A DNA stretch of 64,000 nucleotides. It comes from Thalia democratica. Its lineage: Eukaryota. This document shows positions 26,179 to 39,456 of this stretch, one piece after another (positions within the stretch are counted from its first letter, which is position 1; every line of letters starts with the position of its first letter). The stretch spans positions 63,116,001 through 63,180,000 of the forward strand of contig OZ241832.1 of assembly GCA_965202585.1 (NCBI GenBank), read 5' to 3'. The translations under genes and the position numbers were made by a program. Under the pieces are notes generated by a model, which was not told the origin of the DNA, did not search any database, and saw only the letters and a list, made by a program, of their open reading frames with translations.

Positions 26179-27012
26179 CAGTAATCTCTCGCTTATTTAC
26201 GCACATTGTGTCCACAGAAAAAGTGCGTAAAGATATGAGAGATCGTAAAGATACGAGAGTAATCAAATATATTTACTACAATTGCTGTTTTTTGATATTG
26301 CTTCTGGTTAAAAACAGACTTGGGACTTTCCCACTTTTAATAGTTTATTTACTTTATTTATAAAAATGAAAACAAAGGATTATACTATACATACATTAAA
26401 AAAAATGTTTTTAATTTATGTAAAATAATAATACTTGTAGAAAAATTTTACTAATTTAAATAATAAGTAGATTTTCGCTTTATCTTTAATTATATGTGAC
26501 TTATTTGACACTTAACATTTATATCCTATTCTACTTAGCAAATTCAATTAATAATTAAGCATTTGTTTACAATTAAGAAATGGTGTGGTGTCTATATTAA
26601 AATTTGTTTCTATAATCTTTTACAAAAATATGCATTTGGTGCTGAACTGGATTTCTTCTTTTGAACAAAAATATATGAAATATAAGAAAAATGTTCAATA
26701 AAAGTTGTTTATGTTACTAAAACATTTTTTAATTTGACCTTTGCCCACACAAAGATAAACTTGTCATGCATCGTATTAAAGATGTATTAACAAAATGTTT
26801 ATCAATAAGTCAAGAAACATTAGTTTTCAAGGTCTAAAGATATAGAGAGGTGAGTTAACATTTAAAAGCATATTTTAAATTAAAAATATACAATAAACCT
26901 ATTTTGTGAATAATTAAAAAAAAAATGTTTTTGAATTTTTTAGAATTCTAAAATGCGTAACTAAACGAGAGTGCGTAACGTCACGAGTGCGTAAAGATGC
27001 GAGAGGTTACTG
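26179..27012. mobile_element. Tc1/mariner (pogo/Tigger-like) MITE in the copy C intron, 834 bp
   Basis: 26-bp TIR CAGTAATCTCTCGCTTATTTACGCAC (23/26 match), TA TSD at 26177-26178 and 27013-27014, subterminal GTGCGTAA repeats. Absent from the copy B intron. Confidence 0.9.
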
Positions 27013-27281
27013 TAGTGTATTTTTTAACTATTTATTACAGATAAATGGTTGTTTATCGGTGACACAACAAAATGTGTTATTTCTTTTAATAACGCAAATA
27101 AATTTTTGTTTGTAATTAATGTATTTTTAAATATAACTCAGATATTTCTAATGATAAGGCACATTTACTGACTAGGTATTTTAATTAACTATTATTACTA
27201 TTGATTAATTAATAAATAGTTTAAAGTAGTGGTATAAAACTAGTGCAAGTTTTATAAATAATTATTTTAATCCTTACTTAC

Positions 27282-27459
27282 CAAATTTATCGAAACCATG
27301 TAACTTTTTCTTTGCAGTTTTCTTGCAAAATGTTAGAAATTTTACACTACTGCTTAATGGTAGTGATGTTTCTTCAAGTTTTATTTTCTTAAAATCAACT
27401 TCATTCTGATTGTTTTCAGTTAAGTTGACTTTATGTTGTTTAACCGCAGTTCTTTTCAT
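27282..27459 (-). CDS. Kelch copy C, exon 1
   Basis: ATG at 27459, GTAAGT donor at 27281, phase 1. Splices in frame to 25294. Paralog of 15371-15548. Confidence 0.85.
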
Positions 27460-28635
27460 ACTAATTTTAATAATCTAAAAATGTCAATTTTCAACAAATA
27501 AAATTTCGTATAATACAGTATAAATGCACGAAAAGCTTTAAAAAAGTATGAAATAAAGTTATTAAATTCTTGTATATACTTTTTTGATATATTAATGTTT
27601 GTATTAAAAACAGTTAGATTACACAAACATGACTTCTAGTTTCATAATATAAGGTAGTATATAAAATGTAGTCAGTTTTTTTATAAGTTTTTGATAGAAA
27701 ACTATTTTTTAATTTTTATTCCATTAACTTAACTTTTTTGTTTTTAGCAGTTTAATACTGTAATGATTATTATTTTATCAAACTTTTTATTTTTCAAATA
27801 ACAAACCTGTTTTTTTAAACAACTAAATTCCTTAATCTGCTTTTATGCTTATTGAAACTGTATAAAAAGTTACATACTTAGGTAAAAGAAATGGTGCTGA
27901 ATTTTTCGTGTAATTAATCTTTTAGGTTTTCTTAAAATAATACAAATGATCAAAATTATATTTAATCAGTAATTTTAGATAGGTTAAATTCACAAAAGTT
28001 AAGGTTTTACTATAATTGTTTAAAGCTTTATATTGTTTCTAATTATTTTTTAAATCTGGCTCAGTTTACTTAATACAATACTAGTTATAGTAAGTAAAAG
28101 CTGTGTTATATGCATAAAAACAATTAAGTAAAATGATATTGCAGTACATATTTATACAAAACAAAGTATTGTACTAATAACAGAAATAATCAACTTTATA
28201 ACAAAAGATCTTTTTTTGAAATAATAGTATGAGCTATACACTGAATAATACTTTGTAAATAAAGTTTGAACACCTTAAATATCATAGTTAAATAAAACAG
28301 ATAAAAAACTTGATAAATAAACTATTTAAGGCAAATTTGAAAATCATTTGAAAAAAATTCTTTTCGTTATCTAAATTTATTTTATTTGAAAATAAATTAT
28401 ACATTTTATAGAATATAAAATTTTACTTGTTATTCCAAATTACATATTGCTATATACAAAGCATAAAGATCTTTTAAAAGAAAAGGAAGAAATATTTTTC
28501 CAACTCTCATAATATAAATCTTCTGATAAGATTGTTTAAATTAAAGCTATTAGAATAAAATGTAAGACTATTATTTAGTAGTCTAAGTTAAAACCAAATG
28601 ATTAAATGTTTTTTCTTTAGATAGAATAATTATTA

Positions 28636-28990
28636 CAGGGTTGCCTATTTACCTGGAAATTTGGAATTTGACATTTTAGGCAAAAAAAACTAAAATTTTG
28701 AACAAAAATCACTAAATAACTTAGAATTTTAAACAATGTTTTCATATACAGTAGAAAAATTTTGATTTAAAAAAAATCTACAATATAATTAAAAAATTTT
28801 GTCATTACCAAAAACTTTTTTTATAAACATTTTTGAAGTAGCTTTACAGTATCTTTTTATTTTTTTATACTGTTTATCACAGTTTTTTACCTTAAACTTA
28901 ACTTTAAACTAAAAATAGACCCAAAACTGTATACTTTTAAAATCGTGGAGGAAACCTGAAAATATTTTTTTAAAACTAGTGGCAATCTTG
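28636..28990. mobile_element. hAT-like MITE, copy in duplication unit C
   Basis: CAGGGTTGCC...GGCAATCTTG termini; inverted counterpart of 11885-12274. Confidence 0.8.
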
Positions 28991-31900
28991 ATATTAGATG
29001 TGCTTTTCTGAAAACTAAAACAAAATCAGACCGAGTAGCTAATATCAAGCATGAGTATGGTTGCTACTTTTTGTGCTGGAAGAACTATTATAAATTACTT
29101 TAAACTGTTTTGACTCATTCTGAGTTTTAATCCTTTTAAAGATTATTAAAGACAAATATTTACAAATGAAATTCTTTTCATTAAATATCAAATAGGTTTG
29201 CTTATTTAAACAATTTTATCTGAAGATTTATAATTAGAGAGTTGAAAAGTATTTGTTTATTATATTTTGCAAACATTCTAGAAATATCACAATATTGAAA
29301 CTAAATCAGAACTTTTTTTCTAATATCAAGATAAACCCTTGATAGAAATTTTTGGAAACATTGAAAACATGCGGAATTTATTTATTAAAAAAATCAAACT
29401 GACCTGATGTATTATTAGTGTTCTTTTTAATTTTTAAACAGTCTGAAATATACCAAGTCATCCTTACATTTTCAGAAAATTTAAGTTACTTTAGTTATTC
29501 TGAATATTCTGTGACAATCCTAACATAAAACTAGCAAGGCGCATCTTAAGTATTTGAATAAAGAGAAAGTCAACAACTGTAATAGTAAAAAGCTTATCAT
29601 TCTTAACTGCCAAAATTTACCATCAATATAATATATTAAATAAACCTTTAGAAGTAGAATAAATTTTGAAGTCTGAATTATAAAAGCATCTAGATGTTTA
29701 ACTAATATATCAAAAAACGCTTTAGTTTTACATAAAAAAATGACTTCCTTAGTCAGATTTTACTTATAAAAAAACTTAAATTAGCATAAGTAAAGGCAAC
29801 CCGACTCATAACTAAATCTAAAACTGAAAATTAACATAGTTGCTTTTTTTAGAGTTAACATATTAACTTGCATAGAATAAAATTGAGATTCTTAGTTAGT
29901 AGTTCAACTTGAACTCTTATTATTTAATTATTTTTTTTAGATTTTAATAGTAGCTTTGCCTTATTTAAAACTAAAACAGAATCAGTCTGAGAAGCAATAA
30001 AAAGCATGAGCAGGATTGCTACTTTTTAAGTCTAAAATACTATCTTAAATGATTTTAAAATGTCCTATTTAACCCTGAGTTTAAATCCTTTAATGAACAT
30101 TTATATATATTTCTTTTAAATATAGTTTTTAAAACAATCATTAAAACAAAGTTTGCTATAAAAATAACAAAATTGAAACAAGTAAAAAAGATCTCATTTA
30201 TGATCTAGAAATACACTTGACTGAAATTTTCTTACATTTTTGAAAGTATGCTGAGATTTTTTATTTTAAAAATCAAACTGTCAGTTATTTTGAGTGGTCA
30301 TTTTGATTTTAAAATAATATTAGTTAACCTGAAATAAAATAATCATCCTTAAATTTTCAAAAAACTTTAACTAACCTAAGTTATCCTGAGTGTGTGACAA
30401 CCTAGCATGAATTACACCAAACTAGCGTGGGTTATCTTAAATTTTTGAAAAAGCTGAAAAATTATAAAGCTATTCAATCCTGAAAACAAACATTATCATT
30501 ATTGAAATCAGATAAATTAGACCTATAATAAAAAACAGACTTTAAAAATTATCTAGAGATTTGACTATAATATCAAAACTACTTAAGTTTGTCAAAAAAA
30601 ATACTCAGTCAAAATGTATTTTTATGAAAAATTTTAACAACCCTAACTCATGATAAAACCTAGAAGTGAAAACAAACAGAGTTGCCATTTTTTAGATTAA
30701 AAGTATTATTCTGAGTTAACTAAATCTAGCCAGAATCTAACATAAATTTTTGAAAAAAAAAGAGGAATAATAGAAAAAAAATTTAAAAAATGGAAAATAT
30801 ACACTTGATTAACTCCTTTAAATAGATAAACTCCTTTAGTTTTTTTTCAACAAAAATAATAAATAGCTTAAAAATTATAGATAACTTTAAAGAAAAATGT
30901 TTAAAAGATCACAACATTTTGTTACATAAAACAAACTTAACTAGCCTGAGATTTTCAAAAAAAAATCTCAGAACAACCAAAGCAATTAACTACAATATAA
31001 ATCAGGTAAAAAGTATTTATGATACGTGAATGTTAAAAGGTTTTATACTATTGGTTTTTTTATTCCTTAATACTTTATTAGCTTTTTAGAACATTTTGAA
31101 CTGTTTTTAGGAACAGTTAAATTTTATAGAAACTATTTAAAAAAAAACCTTTACAATAAACAAAGTTTAACTTTAGAACTAATCTTGAATGCCTTGACAT
31201 AAATCTCTCTACAAACTGTTTATTGCTGGTTTATATAGCTCTGTACTCAATTTTCTTTAATTTTATTCCAGAAAAACTTGCTTTCTGGTTGACTGATTTA
31301 TATTATTCAATATTAAACTAAATTGCAATTTAAGTGAAAAAAGTATTCTTTTTACTACATCAATACTAAAACTTTCAAGTTAAGTAGAAATTCTGAGTTC
31401 AGATTTTTCTACTTAAATTGAAATCAACCTTAAGCAAAGTATAAAGTAACAACTCAACTCAACTTTTCAATGAAAAACACTTTACAATTTTTCTATAGTA
31501 CAGTTATTTAGAAAAGTTTTTTTTAAGAATCTTTATGTAAAATTTATTTACTTAAATAATGATTTCAAAAGTCTCAAAAATTTTGAAATATATTAGTGTA
31601 GTTTAAGATCTTCACAGTAATATATTAACATTATAAATAGGCTTTTAACTATGATATGATTAGGTAAGTTTTAAATGCTTCCTTGGTTGGAAATTAGAAC
31701 AATAAAGTTCAACAAAACTACTCTAAATCAGAAGTGTCAGAATTTAACAAATAAACAGCACTGAAGACTAAATAAAAAATTTTAATTCTTATTGTGAATT
31801 TCACGCAGGAGTTGTTGTTTTGCGATTTACTAATAAAGTCTATTTTCTTATTGCTATCTACTCAAACATTTCCTCTTTATATAGTATCGAGACAATTTTA

Positions 31901-32310
31901 ACTTTTAGTACGTTAATTTTTAACTTTTTTATATTAAGTGCTCTTTCACTGATGAATACTATTTACACTGCTGTTCCATTTAGTTGAATATCCTATATAT
32001 TACAAAATCAGTCAACCAGAAAGCAATTTAATCTCTTGCAAAGTTACATTTTTTACACATAGCCATATTAACCAACCAAAGTGTCTTTGCAGGAGATATT
32101 CTAGCCAAGATCTTTCAGATGTAGTTTCAGAATTAAACTTAATTATTTGTTACATTGTTTTTTGTAAAGTTCTTATCTAAAGAATGTCAATTATTATTCA
32201 AATAATGTTTTGATTAAATTCCAAGTAGAAAAAAAATCTTAAAGTATAATCCTGTTAAATTTAATTCTTCTGTAAAAGTTTTGACTACACAAAATGTATT
32301 TTAAGTCGTA

Positions 32311-32560
32311 CAGGGTTGCGACTTGAATTGGAAACCTGGAAAACCTTGAAAGACCTCGATTTTAACAATTTAATAAGCTGTAAAATTTCGATTTGACTTA
32401 AAATATCTATCATATAACAAAAACAAACGGTCATCATCAATTATTTTTTACTTAAAAACATATTTGAAATAGCTTTACAGTATCTATCAATGATTTTATA
32501 CTTGTTAACACAGTTTTTTTTTACCTTAAAATTAATTTTATAATGAAAATAGATCCAAAA
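32311..32560. mobile_element. Truncated hAT-like MITE (same family)
   Basis: Starts CAGGGTTGCG with family-typical internal sequence. Right TIR not found. Confidence 0.6.
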
Positions 32561-33294
32561 ATATGTTAAGATTAAACTAGTAAAAATAAGAAATTTGAAA
32601 GTTACAAAATATTATTAATTAGTGGCTAGCAAATAAGGGGTTAAGTAATACTTTTTTTTTGTGTTTTTGTTATCTTTAATTGTTATTTATTTATAACATA
32701 TGAGTAAACTGACAAACATTATGATTTAAAGGTTAATATTGTTTTATGCGTAAATTATTTTTTAAATGTTTGTTTATGTCATTCTACTTTTATTTTAATT
32801 TTAGAAATGTAGATTTAATTACAAATATTAAAATTGTAATTGAAATTATTAAAAAATTAAAATAATTTAGTGTTTGTTTGTAGATTCCTAAAAAGGTAAA
32901 TGTTTTATTTGTGGAACTTATTTTAAGGTATTTTTTTTATGATTTAAATATTTTATTTTTAAACTTGAAGCTACCATTTAACTACACTAACCCTTCTTAA
33001 ATTTTTATAGTGATAATGTAATAAAGTCAATAGATATTTTTTTGTATGATAGTTAGTTTTCTTTACACTAAACTTTGATAGTTTTATTACAAATTTCAGC
33101 GCTTATTCTAAAAATGTTACAATTATTTTTTTAAATAAAGATAAATTTTAATTCAGTTATAATTCACAGTCTATCTAAGTTAAACTTTTATTTAATTCAA
33201 TAATTTAAATCATCTTTTTTGTTGTCAGGTTTGCTCCACACTCAGGATAACTCAGGGTAGTTAAAAATTGTTGTTAAACTCAGGCTAACTTATG

Positions 33295-33570
33295 CAGGGT
33301 GGCCACAAAACCTGGAATCCTTGAATTTGACTATTTAGGCAAAAAAAAACAAAAAACTGGAACTTTTACATTAAATTTTTAAAATTTTAAACATCTCCCG
33401 ATCTTTTATGTTGTAAAATTTTTAAACACTTTTATGATATATGGCAAAAAGAAGTTCTTAAATATTTTTTTTTAATAAATATTTTTGATCCTATTTTTTA
33501 CTGTCATAATTTTATTAGTTTGACCTACATACGCATTTTTTGTTTTAAACAAATGTATATTACTTTTGAG
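33295..33570. mobile_element. Truncated hAT-like MITE (same family)
   Basis: Starts CAGGGTGGCCAC...CCTTGAATTTGACTATTTAGGC. Right end not found. Confidence 0.55.
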
Positions 33571-33825
33571 CTGTGGACTTTTTTAAGAATTTTATATTCC
33601 AATTTTGAATTTGAATTCCGAAGTCATGTGACCAACTCCAAGTGTAAATGTATAAATTTAAAATAGACAGTAAAGTTTCGCATCAAATAAAGAAAGAGCA
33701 TATTTGTAAACTGTAATCATAAATAATCTTAAACTTGCTGCTTCTACATTGGCTGTTCATTAAATAAAAAGTTAAGTCTCAATCCAGAATTTTTTGATAT
33801 ATTATACTGACCCCTGTGTTACATA

Positions 33826-34143
33826 CAGGGCTGCCGAAAAACCTGAGTTTTCAACAAAAATTACTAAAAAATCTGGAATTTTTACATGTTAAGTAGTAAA
33901 ATTTCAACTTGATACAAAAATTCTATCATAAGATAAAAATGACTTTGTCATTATCATTTTTTTATTAAAAAACATTTCAAGCAGCTTTACAGTATCTTCA
34001 ATGTTTTTATACTATTTAACACAGTTTCTTACCTCAGAGTTAACTTTTAACTAAAAAAAAGACCTAAAGATGTGTATTTTTAAAAACCGTGAGGAAATTT
34101 TGAAAACCTGGAGAAAATTTGCCAAAAACATTTAGCAACCATG
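33826..34143. mobile_element. hAT-like MITE (same family), complete
   Basis: CAGGGCTGCC...AGCAACCATG termini; 8-bp flanks GTTACATA / TTTATATA (6/8 match). Confidence 0.75.
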
Positions 34144-34329
34144 TTTATATAAATAGTTTAAACTATATTTAGTTTTTATTTTAGTTCTTTTCATGCATGC
34201 ATAGTTGTGTAGCACTGAAGTTAAAGTCTTAATGAATGTTTTTACAGTTCTTTCTTCAAAGCAGAGTATTGATTCCTCTCTGATAAACTTTTCATTTCTG
34301 ATTAAACAGTTAAAGTTGTCGATTTAAAT

Positions 34330-34645
34330 CAGGGTTTCCCAAAGTGGGCAATATCGCTCCTCTGGGGGCGATTTTAGTAAGTTGGAAGGCGAAAATTAGT
34401 TAGGGGGGGGGGGGGGCAGTTTTAAAACTTTGGGCGATTTTCGTGCCAAATGAGGCGAAAAAAAGGTCTTAGGTTTATTTATTAGTAATTTTGAAACTTA
34501 AACTAGAAATTCTTGAGTTGCAGATGAAGAGCAAAAAAAAAGGTCTTAGGTGTTTTAAATGTAGTTTTTTGAGTAGTCTGAGGTGGCAATAGCTTTTTTA
34601 ATTTCTTCAAAGGGGGCAATTTGACAAAAATATTTTGGGAAACTC
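34330..34645. mobile_element. Charlie-type hAT MITE (CAGGGTTTCCCAAA family)
   Basis: TIRs CAGGGTTTCCCAAA / TTTGGGAAACTC, flanks ATTTAAAT / TTTTAAAT. Internal similarity to 38372 and 57015. Confidence 0.8.
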
Positions 34646-35623
34646 TTTTAAATTGTATTTCGAAATGGTTAAAAACACTTGTATATAATTTTCTATTCAT
34701 CGTTTAACCAACACCTCTTCGTATCTTTTTCATTATTTGTATCATTTTATGACGTCATTTGTATTACCTAACAAACGTTGTACTCAAATAAGGTATACTT
34801 TAACAGCCGTAGTAAACAGAAAATCAACTTCCAATAGCAAACAATTTGTTTTTAACTACTACAATTTGAAAACTGCTGGCAATGTAATTTTGCCAAATGC
34901 AGTTAATGCTAAATTAATCAATATTTCTGAAAATATGCACATTGCAATGTCGCTGTTGCACTTAAGATGCTTTGAAGTTTATTGATAAATTAGTTTTAAT
35001 TTAAAAAGTTATAGTTTTTTTTATTGCAAGGTTTATCTGTCTTTTACGAGGAGCATGTCAGATTTACCAAGAATGTTTTTGCGCACCAGATTAAAACAAA
35101 ATTATCTTGGTGGTTTTTACTTTTTAAAATTGAAAGAAAAATTCGTAATTATTAATACTACTAACAATTTTGTAAGTTAAGAAAATATTTTAGCCAGATT
35201 CTAAAAACATGTTTGTAATCAGAAGTTTACGTCTTTTTTTAGTTTTAGTCTAACTTTTGTTTTTTAATACTTTCTTCCAAAGTGCTTGACATTTTTATTT
35301 TGTAATTTATTTCCTATTGGTTTATTTTAAAATTTGGATTATGATCACCCTATTTATTAACTACTAATTGTGTTTTAATTGTGTTAAACAATAAAAATTG
35401 TTGTTAGTTCTTAGTTATTTGCTAAATAAAACATTATTTTCAAATAAACTTATAATTGTGTTGCAGTGGTTTTATTTAGCAGTTTAATTGAACATCATAT
35501 CAGCACTAGAACATATTATAATATTAGTAAAATTTAATTGATGGTTCTTTTGGTTAAAATTTTGTCGTTACCACCGCTTGACCGCTGACAAACAAATTAA
35601 CTGTTTTATTTCGATTCTAAGAG

Positions 35624-35782
35624 CAGGGTTTGCAAACTTTTCGAGAAATAAAAATAAAAACAATGGCTTCCTCCAATTACATTTCTCAAAAAACTAACTT
35701 AAGAATACCTAAAACCTTTTTCCATTTTTACCATAAACTCAATAGTATCTAGTTGTAACCTTTACGGCTTTGGAAAATCCTG
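35624..35782. mobile_element. Short Charlie-type hAT MITE
   Basis: CAGGGTTTGCAAAC...TTTGGAAAATCCTG termini; similar but imperfect flanks TCTAAGAG / ATCTACAG. Confidence 0.6.
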
Positions 35783-36049
35783 ATCTACAGTGACTTTCCA
35801 AGCAGCCAATCACAATAGCTTACAAAACTGTAGCACGAAGAGACACGATTAAAGTTTCATCATCAGTGTTCATATTTACAATAGTAAAGTTACTCTTTTT
35901 TTGTTTGTTTTGATAAAAATTTTGTTGATAAAATATTTTTGAATAAATATAGCATAACAAACTTGTTAATTACAGTAATAAAAATTAAACAATTAGTTGT
36001 AATTAATATACTGTAGTTGAACTATAAAATATATTATATGTTATACTGA

Positions 36050-36520
<471 letters not shown>

Positions 36521-37110
36521 GTTTTTAATTTTATTTGTATGTATTAAATTTATATGATATTTGTACAAGAAATCCTAGTTGTATGTATGTATCTAACTAG
36601 GATTGCTTGTACATATAACATATAAAATTAGCTTGTTTTTAATTTTACGTGTTTATATTCATGATTTAATGTATGTAATATTTATAGCATTTTATAAATA
36701 TGAAATTATAAATTTCCTTTATCTCAATCTATCATTATTTCAGTTACAATAAATTTTCAGCAGTTCAGTTTATTAAAAATGTCAACAAGACTTTTTTCAG
36801 CAGTGTTACCAACATAATTTCAACATTGTTATAAATAATTACAATATTGTTAACCACAGATACTAATTATTATTTTTAATTATATTTCAACAGACACTGA
36901 TAATTGTTTCGTTTTTGTTCAACACATACTTATATTTATAATTAGTTTATAAAGAGATACAGACTATTAATTTGACTTTTTTTTTCATATTTATGGGTTG
37001 TTATTATTCGTTTTTAATTATTTACTAAACATTTACGGATTTTTATTTTTATGATTATTTATTTTAAATAGATTCGATTATTATTTTTATGATTATTTAT
37101 TTATATACAG

Positions 37111-37180
37111 ATACGGATGGCACTCAGCAACAGTTGTTAAGATTCCACCGGGATGTCATTTGAAAATATTTAATAAACAG
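37111..37180 (+). CDS. SMAD2/3: Smad2/3 MH2 exon b: (R)[23 protein letters not shown]
   Basis: TATACAG acceptor, GTAATA donor, phases 2/0. In frame with exons a and c. Confidence 0.92.
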
Positions 37181-37300
37181 GTAATAATATTAAATAATTA
37201 GTAATATAATGTCATTTGAAAATATTTAATAATCAGGTAATAATATTAAATAAATATTAACAGGATGTCATTTGAAAATATTTAATAATCAGGTAACAAA
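37152..37300 (+). repeat. Triplicated 3' end and donor of Smad exon b
   Basis: ATGTCATTTGAAAATATTTAATAA(A/T)CAGGTAA occurs three times, with GT donors at 37181, 37237 and 37293. Confidence 0.92.
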
Positions 37301-37684
37301 AAAGTTCTTAATTTATTTAAATGCAGAAAATATTTTATAATTATAAATTGTAATGGAAATTTATTTTCAAAGATAATTTATTTAAAATTTTTAACGATCA
37401 GTTAAAAATATTTTAAGTTATTAAAATGTTAAACTATTAACAATATAATATGTTAAAAAAAAGTAGTTAAACACTCAGGCCAGTAAAAAGTTTTTAAAAT
37501 TATAATATCATAAACCAAAGCTAGTTTTTGGACGCTTAAGTCACTTTTTTTACATTTACAATTGGCAATCGTATTAAAATGCGATACGTTTAATATTTTA
37601 TTGTCTGCTGCAAGAGTTTTTAGTTTACTTTTATATACACAGTAACAATCTCAATAGATATTATGTGTATATGTATATAAACAG

Positions 37685-37720
37685 GAATTTGCAGCCTTGA
37701 TATCATAATCAGTAAACCAT
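37685..37720 (+). pseudogene. Decayed duplicate of the 5' part of Smad exon c (EFAALIS*SVNH)
   Basis: Preceded by AAACAG and aligns codon by codon with 37961-37996. In-frame TAA at 37706-37708. Confidence 0.8.
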
Positions 37721-37894
37721 TTGGTACAGTTTCAATAAAATAATAATAATAATCAATACATCAGCAGTATCATTATTAAAAATATAAATTTAAACGTTTG
37801 TTAAGATGAAGTGCTTTCTTTATTTTCATAGGTCAGTTGAAGTGTGTTAATCCGGTAACACACAGAAACATATGGCAGTGTATTAAAAGAATGA

Positions 37895-38143
<249 letters not shown>

Positions 38144-38371
38144 TAAATTTATTATAAATAAGTAATACATGTGAGAATAGCCTAAATTTAAAGAAATGAG
38201 CACTTTTATTAAGCAGTATATTATTACTTTAAAAAAGTTCTATATCTTAAATGATTCATGCAAATATAATTTCACTTAACCACCTTTTTAAATTTGATTT
38301 TAGTAATATTTCTAACAACATGTAATAATGTTTTCATTTTGTTTTTAATTTAATTTTTATAACTTCTAAAC

Positions 38372-38655
38372 CAGGGTTTCCAAAACTTTTTTTCAAATGG
38401 CCCCCTTAAAAAAAAAATAAAAAAGCTATTGCCCCCTCCAATAAGATTACTCAAAAACCTCCTAAGACATTTTTCGCTCTTCATCAGCAGCTCAAAAATA
38501 AATAGTGTAAGTTTCAAAACTACCATTAAAAACACCTGAGACTTTTTTTTTCTTATCATCTAACTCCAGTATGTCTAGTTTTAAATTATAACCTCATGGC
38601 CCCCTGTGGACCCTTTGCTGCTCATGGTCCCTAAGGAGTTTCTTTAGGAAACCTG
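38372..38655. mobile_element. Charlie-type hAT MITE in the last Smad intron
   Basis: CAGGGTTTCC...GGAAACCTG termini; perfect 8-bp TSD TTCTAAAC (38364-38371 and 38656-38663). Confidence 0.92.
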
Positions 38656-38783
38656 TTCTAAACAAATAAAATAATATTTTCACGTGGTTTTCAATGTCAT
38701 AAATCCGTCTTAATTATACTTTTATTATTTTTTCTGATAGTATTTATCTTAGTTTTAATAATATTTTATTAAATTTTTATAAG

Positions 38784-38831
38784 AGGCAACATGTTACAAC
38801 AACTTTTTGTTGGGTAGAACTACATCTTGAT
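38784..38831 (+). pseudogene. Decayed duplicate of the 5' part of Smad exon d (RQHVTTTFCWVELHLD)
   Basis: 16 codons align with 38890-38937, 13/16 amino acids identical. The AG acceptor is one nt out of phase. Confidence 0.85.
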
Positions 38832-38886
38832 AATATTTATATCAATTTCAGTTATATTTTGATAATATTTTTATTATATGTTTTGA

Positions 38887-39011
<125 letters not shown>

Positions 39012-39012
<1 letters not shown>

Positions 39013-39077
39013 TTATGACGTCATTTTACATGTGAGGAGTCGCAATGAAGCAACACCGGTCGACGTGACGTCATAAT
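39012..39077. promoter_or_regulatory. Pair of full CRE palindromes inside a 12-bp inverted repeat
   Basis: TGACGTCA at 39016-39023 and 39066-39073; ATTATGACGTCA / TGACGTCATAAT are perfect reverse complements. Function untested. Confidence 0.35.
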
Positions 39078-39456
39078 ACGTTTAAGTTCGATGACGTGTT
39101 GCGTATTTTATTCTAACATCTCGTAGTTGCCGCTTGGTCGCATTATAATGGCCAGTTGAGTTTTTATTTTTGAAGCGGATCCTGTATAAAACTAGTGGTT
39201 CTGAAGTTTATAACGTTTTTCTTAAGTTTTTTAAGTCATAGAGTTTACAAACACTAGACTTTAACATGGCAACTACGTTCTGCAGTAGAATTAATCTGTA
39301 TTTTTCTTTTAATTAAAACGAGTTGATCCCTAGTAAAAAACAGGTTTTGAAAAATAAGTTGAGATGTATTCAGATGAGCTTACGAAAAATTTGTTTTTTG
39401 TAAAAATATTAACTTTTTTTTTTTATTTCCGTGCTTCCCAAGTTGTTTTTGTCAAA

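Larger units (their letters stand above)
23900..31670. repeat. Right arm of the inverted segmental duplication
   Basis: Reverse complement of about 5880-17800. Lacks the 6710-9996 hAT and the about 13330-15020 segment; carries an extra MITE at 26179-27012. Confidence 0.9.

Noticed and set aside
35804-35812. CCAAT box as an internal Smad promoter
   Set aside because: A single motif next to a MITE, with no in-frame ATG or other support.
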